A stretch of DNA of 63,139 nucleotides, counting the filler, from Phoronis australis (lineage: Eukaryota; Animalia; Phoronida), in assembly GCA_002633005.1 (NCBI GenBank). It is 11 parts of 11 records of this genome, joined end to end, with 100 filler letters (N's around TTAATTAATTAA, not from the genome) between each part and the next. Parts side by side here need not be neighbours in the genome. Positions count along the whole stretch, not along the records: positions 19,858 to 32,424 come from NMRA01001628.1; positions 32,525 to 35,439 come from NMRA01000519.1; positions 35,540 to 39,274 come from NMRA01002864.1; 8 more parts are not named here. One strand, 5' to 3'. The stretch's first letter is position 1. Each line of letters opens with the position of its first letter. A program made the position numbers and the translations under genes. The notes under the pieces were generated by a model. It did not search any database. It was not told the origin of the DNA and was given only the letters and a program-made list of their open reading frames with translations. Shown one piece after another: positions 24,459 through 36,094 of the stretch.

Positions 24459-25648
24459 GTACGTACAGGAAGACCAAAAGTAGAAAACTATAACTGAATT
24501 CAAATTAATGTATTTATAGAGTCGGGATATGCCCACAATGCATGACTATGGTGCACATCACACATACGTGCACTACATTTCTTAACAAAATTCCAAACCT
24601 AGGCGTACAGTTCCTACTACAAACTGAAGTTATTGGTATTTTACCGAACTGAGTTTATAGGTTTGTGAGTCGTGTTCGTAAGTCCGGGGCTAGATTCATG
24701 AGCGCGTGAGCCGTGTTTTTTGGTAGCCTGAACTGACACTGTCTAAAATAACTGGTAGTTTTAAATATACCCTTTCCTTCACAGTCTCCAACTTAGAACA
24801 CAAGCTGAGTATAGTCAGTGGAAAGGTATCACTAAAATTTATAAATTTCGTAGCTGCCCTGTTTGCGCTTGCCTTTTTAATATTATTTTTTTATTGAGCG
24901 TAGTTTCCGCGGAAACCTCAGTTCATATGGCATCAGCTGAGTGAGTACCCATAATGCACGAGTCAGCGTGCACCACTAAACATGAAAATTGGCCTAAAAT
25001 TCATACTAAGCTTGAAAATATTGGAAGTTGTGTTAGATGAGCATTAAGTTTTGACTGGACTATATTACGTTAAAATCCGTTACATGATGGTTTCAACTAA
25101 AACGAATCAGAAAGACCATCTTAAAAATGTCACGTATGTTTTTTTATTTCACTTGACTAGAATGTATCTGCTCAGGTTACCTTCGCGTGTGACTCATGTT
25201 ATTCGCCGATTTTCCTTTTTTAATTCTCTTGGTATCTGAACTCAAGAATTGTTGTTAACACTGTTACCAGAGTGTCGATGGAGGGTGTTATGGTACAAAA
25301 AAGATAGTGTGTTTCAGTGTACTGTCCCTGCAGGTTGGTTGTAAGGCATTGTGGTGAGAAATGTTTGAGAATTGAGATATTTTAATATTAGATATACCAT
25401 AAAATCGCCTTCTATTTTAGGGCATCACTTGAGGTCATAAAATTTCTTATTGAGAATGGAAGGGGTTTCTGGACTTGAATCGAAACGATAACATACTAGT
25501 GCTTGCTATTCGATTGTTATTTCTTTGTAAGCCATGAAATTGCTTCAATCCAAGTAAGGACCGTGTTGGGTCAAAGTTTCAATACCGTAACAGGTCTAAG
25601 TCGATTTTTGAAACGCATCAGCTGTGACAAAATACAGCACTTTTGCAG

Positions 25649-25857
25649 GCTGCAACAAAACGACACAAGCCAATGGCGTGATATCATTGACATAACCCAA
25701 AGAGGTTCACAGGATCAATACTCTTATACAGTGACGAACATACCGGAAATGACGACACTGGTGTTTCGTGTGGTGGCTAACAGGGAAGAGGACGACAAGA
25801 AAATTATTGGTCGTCCTGGAAACCAATCAGAAATTGTCAAGATTCCGAATTGTGAAG
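25649..25857 (+). CDS. FN3 domain, second-half exon
   Basis: ttgcag| ... |gtatgc, phase 2-1, joins the previous exon in frame; W..I...YSYTVTNIPEMTTLVFRVVANR...GRPG..SE.V.IPNCE. Confidence 0.8.
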
Positions 25858-26565
25858 GTATGCAGCCTATAATTTGCCCTATCAGCCTGTTTACCAGCCA
25901 TAAGTGTGTTTTTGTAATCCTTGCCTGTATTACTCTTAGTATTTTGGCGTCAGTGGTATGTTGGTTGCTCTTTCAAAACTCGAAAATTAATTTTTTAATT
26001 TTTGTCTGACTTCGAGACTTGAAGATTCGAGTGGGCCATGCTGTTTGGTGACGACAACTTTGTGATTAATGAAGTACTGCAGATACGACCACAAGCCTAC
26101 CAACCGTTGACAACTACTCCGTCATTACATTGCATTGCAACATGCATGTGAATTTCATATATATAAGTTAATACCATAGGCCCTATGGCCGACGTACATG
26201 TAGGTGCGATGAGACACACAAATGTTATTACAAAGACAAAAATCCAAAAACGCGGGTGCGTGTAGTAACTGACAGAACTTAGTATATAAACGTCCGGTGT
26301 TTTTGAGAGCTGGACGCTAAATTTAACCTAGTCGGTAATTCGCGAGTTTTTAGGGCTTTTAGAAGATACTTTTTGTGTATACTTTAGAGTGGCAATTTTA
26401 TTTTGGCTCTCGAATCAATAATGTCCGGTTCTTTGTATAAATACACATGGTTTCGCTACCACAGTATGCCTGTCCATTTGATGTAACAGCTGGGTAAGAT
26501 TGTTGTGGCAGAGGACAAGATGCAAGCTTTACTTAGACTTGGGTGGATTTCCCATTGAGACTTAC

Positions 26566-26730
26566 CAGAGGCGGACTTAGAGGCGGGCCAAGGGGGCACT
26601 GATCCCCCCTCCTAAAATTACTCTAGATTCCATTCGGCAGTTCGAGGGTGCGAATGTATGACGGGCTAAATACTGGCTAATACTCTGCCCTTCTCCCCAT
26701 CCCCAACTCAAAATTCTGGATCCGCCCTTG
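26566..26730 (+). mobile_element. hAT-like MITE (~165 bp)
   Basis: Imperfect TIRs CAGAGGCGGA / TCCGCCCTTG; related copies at 14439 and 51208. Confidence 0.6.
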
Positions 26731-27413
26731 GTTACATCTCCCGCTAGCTAGATTTTCGAATTTTTCCACCTAAGAGTTGTAGAAGTCTGTCTCGACTTGA
26801 ATTTAAAAGGGAAAAGACTCTGTCGCACAATACAGTTATAATCGTCGTTCACTTGTAATCTGACAGAATTTTCCTCTATAATCATTTCATTGTGCAGTGG
26901 CTTGCCATTCATATTGAGAGTGTTTACAGCTCTAACTAGAACACCATCAGAGCTGCAACTGTCGGTTTCATGTTGAGCAGTTTGAGTCAGTTCTTTCTTT
27001 TCTTACGAGATGTAGCGGTGTAGGTTATTGGGCAGGCTTCTGAAACTTCACAACATAACAAACGTTGCGTGATTTACTATAAGCGGGGAGCACAACGACT
27101 TTTTAACGACGTACACTGTACTTCTTGTTGCAAAATTCACACCGAAGGGAGCGTTTGGTAACTCGAAATCTAGTCTTCTTGATTTCAGCAGCACCTGATA
27201 TTTGGCGCAGTTGCGTGTCATTTGATACCTGCGAATTGCAAATTTTAATATCAGTTTATGCTGATCTTGTATGGGACGATGTTGAGTTTTTAGAGTCTGC
27301 TACGCCAAAAACCTGCAGATATTAGCACAAATTGAAGGGGGATTCCACAACGGTATATCTCCCCTTCGCAAATCACAAATGCTCTGTGGAATTCCCTTCC
27401 ACTAATCTCTACC

Positions 27414-27550
27414 GAGAGAGAGAGAGGNNNNNNNNNNNNNNNNNNNNNNNNNNNNNNNNNNNNNNNNNNNNNNNNNNNNNNNNNNNNNNNNNNNNNNNNN
27501 NNNNNNNNNNNNNNNNNNNNNNNTGTCTGTGTGTGTGTGTGTGTGTGTGT
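27414..27550. repeat. (GA)n / (GT)n microsatellite spanning a gap
   Basis: GAGAGAG...N...TGTGTGTGT. Confidence 0.8.
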
Positions 27551-29128
27551 CACATATTCACAACCCTCAAAAGTTTTAAACAAAATTTGAAACTCCTTTC
27601 ATATTTGCTCGACAGGCAGACGTGACCCGTGTTTTAAGCGAAATATTGTAGAGTAGAACACCCACAAAGAATCATATATCAAATCTGTGGCACGGAGAGT
27701 ATGACACTTTAACCGAATCCTGTTTTTATTGTTCAAGTAAGACGCCCATGCATGACCCATAATCTGGTGGCAGAATGTGAATGTGTTGAAATCACCAAAA
27801 CAGGGCTAATTAAACTTTTAACGAGAATATCGGAAATTATGAGAAAGTTAAGTCCCAGGGCATATACTTGTAAAATGGCATTGGTGTGTGATTTTTGTTC
27901 ATTTCATCTTTAACATGGTGGGCGGTCGACCCTGGTTGAGAAACGTGTTCCAACGAACCATTAAGCTTCACTTGGATACGACGAGTACTTGTACGACATG
28001 TACATGGTTATGATGTTCGTGACGGAGATCTGCGAGGATGGCAACTTAGTGTAATAAAACAATAGTTACAATGTTTTCACTTATTATAGGTAATAGTGTT
28101 TATGCGAAATAAAGACATCACTGTAGTATAACCATTCATTCCCTGCTGCTGGTAGATTATTTCCAATATGACCAATTTCACTGTGAATCTACATTTCATA
28201 ATGAATTGTTCACTCAAGTCTAATAATAGTGTAATACAACATCTAATCGCCTAAATTTATCATTAAAATGGTTTGCATATGTCCAGGATACGTTTTATAA
28301 AGTGGGCTAGGACATTAACCCAGACTGGAGTTTAATTTTGTAATGATGACAGAAACCAAACAACTTACAAAGGTTCAAGATGAGAATTGACAACTTTAAC
28401 GGTTAAAAAGGTAACGTTTCAGTCAAGCAAAACTCCTGGAAAAGATTGCCCTCTATATACAAACTTTCAACCAAGCTTTCTGCAAACATGTGGTGACAGA
28501 ATGGTCTAACCGATTGACATAAATAAACAAAGCAGAGAGCAGTGTCCTTAGAATGCTGCAATAGGCACGTGTTATTTTATTGACATTTGTAGAGAAGAAA
28601 ACTCTGTTTACTACTTGGCTCCTTAACTAAGGTATTTGCTGTCAAGTAACAAAACCCAACGATGCATCGGCGATGATTTCACCTTAATGGCCTCTGGACA
28701 TCCGGCTGGCATGAAGTCACTCGAGTTGTGGGATGGAAGAACTTTGGTTTTATGTGCAGATCTTCTAATGTATTTTCTTTGTGAGAACAATCTAGAGGTC
28801 ATATTGGCTCAGAACAGACGATGCTCTTTCCAACGGCATCGAAATGCAGGCCCACAAATCACAGTAAATGCAGCAAACTAAGCAGTGGATGTACTTGATT
28901 GACTCCGCTGGGTCATGAGTGGCTAAGAAGTCTGAGTGGTTCTTGATGACAACTTCCGGATTACAGACCAATCAGATGTCTTAGCCGCTTGACCGGTAGG
29001 TAGCTTCCCGTTCAGTAACGCTGGGACCTCGCTAAAAAGCAAGACTTCGCGAGATTACATGAGATATTGTCGTGTATTTTAAATGAGAACACGTGACTTT
29101 GACTAGGTCCTAGCGTAGGTCCTAGCGT

Positions 29129-29851
29129 CTACTGAACGCACGTCAGTCTAGTGCAGCCATTAATTTCCAGTTCCTTTATAACTGTTTTAGCATCCTTAGG
29201 AACGGCATCAGTCTCTGTAGCAACGACGACCAAACTATCCACAATGGAAGCAGTTGCGATCCCCAGTCCCACAACACTGACTTCAGGGTCATCCGAAACT
29301 GCGACGAGGACCTTAAGAAATACGACATTATCACAAGCGGAAGATGTAACAGTTGGTACTTCAGGGTCATCCGAAACTGCGACGAGGTCCTTAAGAAATG
29401 CAACATTATCACAAGCGGAAGGTGTAACAGTTGGTACTAAAGTAAGATCCATGGTGATTGGTGGATCGACAACGTCAGGTAATAGCGGATTTATTAGCTT
29501 GGGATTGACGTCACTCATTTTTATGGTGACTCATAGTACAACAGTTTTCAAAAGAAATTGGACGACGTCGAACTTTGATGATTTTTCGCTGCACAACACT
29601 GCAACTAAATACCCATTTCTTCAAACAATATTGATACAAGGAAATTCATTTCCATCCAAAACATTCCTGGTGTCTTCTTCAGTGTATACTAGGTGGTGCT
29701 TTACACAGGATGTTGTTTTATTCTCGCTGATTCTCTGCGTCTCCACTAGGTGGTAGAGGACAGGCAGGCATCATTTAATTTTCCTCGGGATTTTTTTAAA
29801 CCATCTGTTCGAATTGTCAACAGGTAGCACTTTACGTAAACAAACTGGCAT
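29129..29851 (-). pseudogene. 241-codon reading frame of an unknown family with three in-frame TGA stops and a 26-aa internal duplication
   Basis: Single frame from ATG 29851: MPVCLRKVLP...KIK*CLPVLYHL...NIV*RNGYL...VVL*VTIKMSDVNP...ELEINGCTRLTCVQ*. C-terminal half is homologous to 20426-20671. Confidence 0.55.
29280..29438. repeat. 78-bp tandem duplication (2 copies)
   Basis: ACTTCAGGGTCATCCGAAACTGCGACGAGG... starts at 29280 and again at 29358. Confidence 0.9.
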
Positions 29852-29904
29852 GATTGATGGAGGAAAAGTAAGTGTGGATACAGTTTGTAGTTTGATGTGC
29901 AGAC

Positions 29905-31130
29905 AAATCTTTTCACAACATTTATTGCAACACTGTACAAGGACACAAATGACCAAACACACATCACACGCACACACACACGCACAAGCACAGATTTCAC
30001 CGAAATCTCAATTTTACAAACCAAAAAACAAATGTACTTTTCTCATCTGTACTACTTTTTAAAAAGTGAAAATACCAGACCACTTTTGGAAAAATAGGTC
30101 TCCTAATCCATTTTTACTATAATTATATTTTTCGAAATGTGAGAAGCATTATAGATGGAGGTTCTACTTTCAGCTTTCTACAGTATGCTTTTTGGCAAAG
30201 AGAATGAAAAGATTCAACATTCATTCGCTTTTCCAGTTTTGCCAAATACAACAGCTTGAAAATCTTTGGATATATCAACGTTTGGCATTGATATACAGTA
30301 ATATTCAGCTAATCTTTTCCAAAAAGACTTAACAAAAGTGCAATCCTAAAACAAATGTTCTAAACTTTCATTCGTACAAAAGGTACATGGTCAGTTGTAG
30401 AAATACCACTTCGCGTTAAAAGGTTATTTGTTGCTAAAATTCTGTGTACAATTCTCATTTTAAACCATCTGAAGTACTAAAACAGAAGTTTGGAAACAAA
30501 AAATTCCATACGGTCATTAATCATGCAAAAGCAAGTGTATTTTCCAGTTTTTCCAATCCTTTTGGTTTTTGAAACAAAGTTGTCAAAAAATATCATATAT
30601 ATCACGATTACCTTTCGAATTTTTCACCAAATTTGCAAAAGTTGTGGGATAACTGGTTGAGACACACTTGCACTTGAAAACGTTATACTTCTGAAAGTTA
30701 ATTTCGAGTAATTTTTCAATCTTCAATAGAGTGTAAAAAGGGTTTAAAACCAAATTTGTCTAGAAAACTGTTGTTAGACAGGAAATTTCCGTTTTCGTCA
30801 AATAAATCACCTAAAAATATCACACCCCTTCCATTCGAAGTAGGGTAATATATTACTTTTCCTCCAATTTGAACTTTTGTGCTATGTCACAAAGGAAGGG
30901 ACGGTATCCTGTCCTCTTCTTTGACTTCGTTTAACAACTCATATTTTGAAACAAACATATCCTTCCAAAAAGGATTCCCTGTGGACTGAGCTAACATTTT
31001 TCCTCCGTTGAACATTTTTTCGACGTCAATTTGACTTTAATTCTGCAAAACATCTATAACATCTATTCAGGCCAAATTAATTTGTCCATTTATAATCTTT
31101 TTTAGCCATTTTGCTTTAAGAGCTTTAACA
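29905..31130 (-). mobile_element. Tx1/L1-clade LINE 3' portion (degenerate ORF2 C-terminus plus 3' UTR)
   Basis: KALK..W, NPFWKD, PL.HS.KVQIGGKVIYY...G..FLGDLFDENGNFL...F.DKF, a remnant CCHC region, then a GT-rich UTR with AATAAA. Confidence 0.75.
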
Positions 31131-31929
31131 AATGAAAATAGATGAATTATGTTGAGACAACTTTTATAATTCTGAAGCATTGTCTATTCTATCTTTCTGT
31201 TACACCTAATGAACTGAAAAAAAAAAATTTTCTCCAGTTGTCTGATAGGAGTCTTAACAAATTATGTGTAAAGCTTTAGCAATAATAAAGATTCCACCAC
31301 ACAATTTTTCCCAGAACAATGAGGTATCTTCTGTGCAGACAAATTGATGCTTAATTGGGATATCTTCAAGAAATGTGTATCGGGAAGTTGTGGTTGCGCC
31401 TTTTCGGTGTGCATCTTTCTACTGTTGCTGACTTTTGCTTAAGTTACTGCCCTATATTCACAAAGTATGAATAACACACCGCTTAAATCAGTCACGCGGC
31501 TATTGAACATAACTGCAGAAACGAAATATTTGCAGAAGGGAGAAAACTTTGTTAGCAAAATAGTTCACACTCCGCTATTTCCTTTCTCTGTTTTAAAGCT
31601 AACTAATGACTGCCGAGGTTACATCAACCAGTGATAAAACTTATGCTGGTGAGTGAAACCGGCGTATCTTCTACCCCTTGGTGGACATGCAGTTGTTTTA
31701 TGTTGCGTCGAGTTTATATCCGCCCTCTTCACGTTTCATGGGTGACATCGTTTTTCTGATGTGTATCAACTCTGAGAAAACCTCATCATTGACTGGTCGA
31801 GTGCAACTATCATCGACAGAGAGGCCTCCCTTATACGGAGGTATTAGTTATATAAACACCACTACTTCTTGCAAAGTGTGTCGACGGTATAACCTGAGGT
31901 CCGTGAACCAACCAGTTCGTCTCTTTCAG

Positions 31930-32014
31930 ATATAAGTGGACATGCACCAGCTGTACGCGGATGCCAGCCCAACCCGTGTAAGAACAAAGGTCGATGTAAA
32001 GAGAATGAAGACGG
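31930..32014 (+). CDS. EGF-like exon, probably of the same EGF/FN3 gene
   Basis: ctctttcag| ... |gtaaga, phase 1-2; ISGHAPAVRGCQPNPCKNKGRCKENEDG (C.PNPC.N.G.C). Confidence 0.7.
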
Positions 32015-32524
32015 GTAAGAACCGGAAGAAAAGCTTGTGCATATTCCTGATAACCTGTTTTACTACTTACATTTACAATCTAAATATTCCAGCCTCAATA
32101 TATAATAAGTTTGGGTCACCTAGTAATTGAAGCATTCCCCTGTTCACCACCGTACAATTTTTACACTCCAAAAGTTACTACGTTTGAGGGTACCCTGGTC
32201 GTCAAAACTGTTCTCCTCCAATGAGGACGCCACTTTTTTCATGTTTAACAAGCGCAGCCCCTGTGGCTATGATGTGTTGCCGATCAATTGTGTGAGGCAC
32301 TTACTATGTAGATCATGTAGAGCACTTCTGACGAAGCAGATTCTCTTTATTTTTCACAAAGCCTTACCAAACCTGTTGCACACGTACTTGGGCAAACCAA
32401 GTAATGTAAACACTCGTAGGCAGANNNNNNNNNNNNNNNNNNNNNNNNNNNNNNNNNNNNNNNNNNNNTTAATTAATTAANNNNNNNNNNNNNNNNNNNN
32501 NNNNNNNNNNNNNNNNNNNNNNNN

Positions 32525-32620
32525 CCCCCCCAGCGCTGCGCGCCTCAGATTTGCGCTTTGCACGACTCGTCAGTCTCACGAATTTGGACCCCCAATTTTC
32601 AAATCCTAGATGAGTCCCTG
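32525..32620 (+). mobile_element. Right end of the hAT family seen at 5157-7101
   Basis: Near-identical to 7015-7101; ends CTAGATGAGTCCCTG. Confidence 0.85.
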
Positions 32621-32624
32621 ATTA

Positions 32625-33090
32625 GGGGTATGGCAAATCTTTTGAATTTCGGGTCTGTGTACTTCAATTTCAAAAATAAAGTGTCCATGTACTGGTAGTT
32701 AGCGCTGGATGCAATATTACTCCACACTCGTCATGAGGAGGACTCCGTATGAGGTCACCCGGATGTCACAGAACAGGAAGGTGTTCCTCTAAAAACATGG
32801 CTGCCAGTATTTGCCGATCGTCATTGTGATATTTACAGTAAAAAATAGATGGCAATAGTCTGTAATGTCGTGTTATTTCTGAATATTTATCGAATTAAAA
32901 CAGTGGATTGTAGGTTTCAATCAAATTTATTAATCATAAATGCTAAAATTCTTTGTTTAGCCGTCGTTTTCGCCGAGGTTGTCTTGAAACAGACCGTGTT
33001 TTTTCTGTCGTGGCCGTGCCATCTAAGGCCGTCAATTTTTTAAAATGGCCATCCCATTAACAGTCGGGATGGTCGCTAGATGAGTCCCTG
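32625..33090 (-). mobile_element. Left end (~465 bp) of the same hAT family, inverted and more diverged
   Basis: Reverse complement aligns with 5157-5607; TIR CAGGGACTCATCTAG ends at 33090. Confidence 0.8.
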
Positions 33091-33889
33091 GCGAGTAGTT
33101 CCGTTGGGTAAGAATGAGGTGCAGCGGTCCTAAACTTTTCAGTCACACTGAGATGGTGCGATCTTGACATGGATTTGATGAATGTATCGTGGTTGATAAT
33201 TAATCAATATACCTACTTCATATTCTTTTAGAAATGCAAGTGCATGTACGCACTCACATTTACATATTCGAAATCCAAACAACGTGATTTATTACCCGGG
33301 GGGGGGGGGTTATTTTCGGTATAGTTGCATCTATTTTTGTATGTAAAACTATAACAATTACACCTGAGTCGAAAAGTTTAGATATTTTCAGAGTAATTAA
33401 CTTTCAGATTAGTGAACCTTTGAAGTAGTGAACATTCGAAGTAGTGAACCTTGGGAATTGTGAATCTTTAGAATAGTTTGGCTGTTCCCATTTCCAGCGA
33501 TGTAAGCAATGAGTAACGCGCAAAAATGCTATCACATGAAAACTTGCGTCCAACTAAATATTTTCGTCAGAGTATGTAATAAGGTGTAATCACACGCCTG
33601 ATTTGAAAGTTTGGCAGCAGGGAATGCGAGAACGTTCCATTTATGGACCACATTACATCCGAATTTGAGTCCCGTCACACCATCCACATTTCTGGTATTA
33701 CGAATTCCGTCTTATCCCAGAAGCATAGAACTGAGAGCCATCTTTGCCGTGCATTCAAATTTCCGTTCCCCATGATTAAACTGTGTTTTCGGTAAGGCCC
33801 TATAGTGTTGGCGTTTGCAAAATATCAAAGGTCCACCTTTCTAGAAATTCAAACCACCCCTGCGCCATGCTGGCTAGAGGTCTCCAAAT

Positions 33890-34480
33890 TTCTCAGTTCC
33901 CATACTTTCTCATTTTCCTGTTGAGGTCTTGTCCATCTTTCAAATTTGGTTCATCTTCGTAGCCAAACGGGTCAATGTCTCCACCAGCTTTAGTTTTCCC
34001 GACATTTATCTTCTAGCCGTCAAAGCTCAACTGACACGCACTGGCTTTGGGTGCGATATTAAGAAGTTCATGAATAATTCCAGGCGTTATAGACCTATCC
34101 ACTTTTGACGTAGGCAGTTGCTTAGTGTTTGGCATGGCAAAGTTTATTTTTGATTCTAATGGGACTCCGCCAACTTTCTTTCCAATATGCTTGAACGCTC
34201 ACATGAATCTCAAACTTCTTCCGTGGAAAAGATTGTATCCTATCCCCCAAAACTTAACAATGTCGTTCGAGTACCTCATTGTTTCGTTGTTGTGGAGGGT
34301 AACAATTCTGCCACGTCTAAAACCAGTAAGAACACTATATTGTCTAAGGGGAACATGAAATCTGCTGTCATCCTATTAATCTTGACCCAGGTGTTTGACT
34401 TTCCTATTGTTTTCAAAACATCAATCATGCATTGTGTGACATCACATATATCTTTTATTGCACTGTATGCTGGTGCTAAA
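33890..34480 (-). pseudogene. Degenerate transposase-like ORF (P-element/THAP9-like motif spacing)
   Basis: FPLDNIVFLLVLDV / MRYSNDIVKFWGIGYNLFHGRSLRFM*AFK / INFAMP / PGIIHELL..CQLSFDG*KI..GDIDPFGYE, with one frameshift and stops. Confidence 0.5.
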
Positions 34481-35816
34481 TTTGTCTCTATATCCCTTTC
34501 GCACTCTTTTCGCTTGGTGTATTCTTCATCCTTGCCTTCTCATTCTTGACTTCTTCATAAATGTACTCTTGTGATCAAACTCTTTCTGATATAGATATCT
34601 TTTGCTTGAAATGGTTTCGCAGCCCTCCTCCAAAACAGTGTTGGAAATGCACACATATGTTTTACTCTGAAACATTCCAAGCCGCTGCGTTCATGCAATG
34701 TTAGATACCTAATCCAAGTTAGTACTTGAATCTTGATCCCCATGATCAGCGATGCCGTGGCCAATTACTTCAGCAAAATGATCTCTGCCAACACAAAGCA
34801 CCTGAAGTTAGTTGATTGGAAACACTTCTTACCTGTGTTCTCACTTAATACACAATTTCCACATGCATCCAATCTTTCTCAAGTCACTTATCCGACTATT
34901 CTCCTCGGGAACTATTGGTAATTATAAAGTTAAATGGTCTATCCTGGTTAAAATTTGACTAATTCTTAACCAGCTCACTGACGAGTTTGTACAGTTTTCA
35001 AAATTCTACTCATGACGAGTCCGTAGAGTTTGCTCAGTCGTTTCTTCGACTTCCTAATTTACACTTTCCATATCTTTGTTAATCAAGCACAATTTTAGCT
35101 GAAACTTTTGCAGCACTTGCACATTTTCATAAAATATTACTTACAGCAATCAACGGTATTCCTAATATTTTTCACACAACCACGACTACTGAGTCGCACT
35201 GAGCCGTCATTGCTGGTCACTAACGTGAGGAGCTTTCAGCGTTTGCCACGACTCTTAAGCTATTGGGCAAACAGCTTCTAATTACATATAGGATCGATTT
35301 GTACATTGTAAAGACAATTTCGTTCGACTGGTGTTGTATTCCTACATGAAATTGCTCATGACAACGCCGTACCCCACATGACCAGTCCAAACACGTAATA
35401 CACCGTGAAATCACAAACACCTACAATTATTTGAAGTTANNNNNNNNNNNNNNNNNNNNNNNNNNNNNNNNNNNNNNNNNNNNTTAATTAATTAANNNNN
35501 NNNNNNNNNNNNNNNNNNNNNNNNNNNNNNNNNNNNNNNGTCGTGAACGTGTATTCTCTCGTTGTGTGGCGTAATGTGGTGTTGTCTTTGTTCGTCTCTG
35601 AGTGTGTGGTGTTGACATAGTGAGCCAGTAATAGGTCACGTGACTCTGGGCACGAGGGGAAAAATCGGGCAGTCTATGCCAGGGTGTGGTGAAAGATAGA
35701 CGCTCTATATAGCGCAACGAGAGGCGCTCTTAAAAGTGTGACACAGATGTCGAGTCCGGACAAGAAGTTAGGTAAGTTGGCTATATCTCAGGAATTATAG
35801 GCCGCGTTACTATAAT

Positions 35817-35834
35817 TGGCATAGTCGGCAGGAT
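35817..35834 (+). promoter_or_regulatory. Primer-binding site complementary to the tRNA-Ser 3' end
   Basis: TGGCATAGTCGGCAGGAT versus expected TGGCGTAGTCGGCAGGAT (1 mismatch). Confidence 0.75.
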
Positions 35835-36094
35835 TCAAGAGTGCCAACTTATAAACCGTGTGTGAGTTTTTCGCGACGGTACCCTCCCGGGAGTGGGGGG
35901 GGGGGTAATTTGTACACCACGTGCGTTTTCTAGTGTAGCTAGCCTATATATTACTGTCGTTACTGGTTATTTGTTGTAATCTTGTAGTGAGTAAATACTG
36001 CATGTCCATTTGATTCCGTGCGCGGTTCTCAGTTCCTCTTTGATATTGGTCCTAGGAAATATTAAACTTGCGGGTTTGATATTAGTTGATAATT

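Noticed and set aside
29129-29851. Selenoprotein with three UGA codons
   Set aside because: No recognisable selenoprotein fold or evident SECIS; CpG decay is the simpler explanation.
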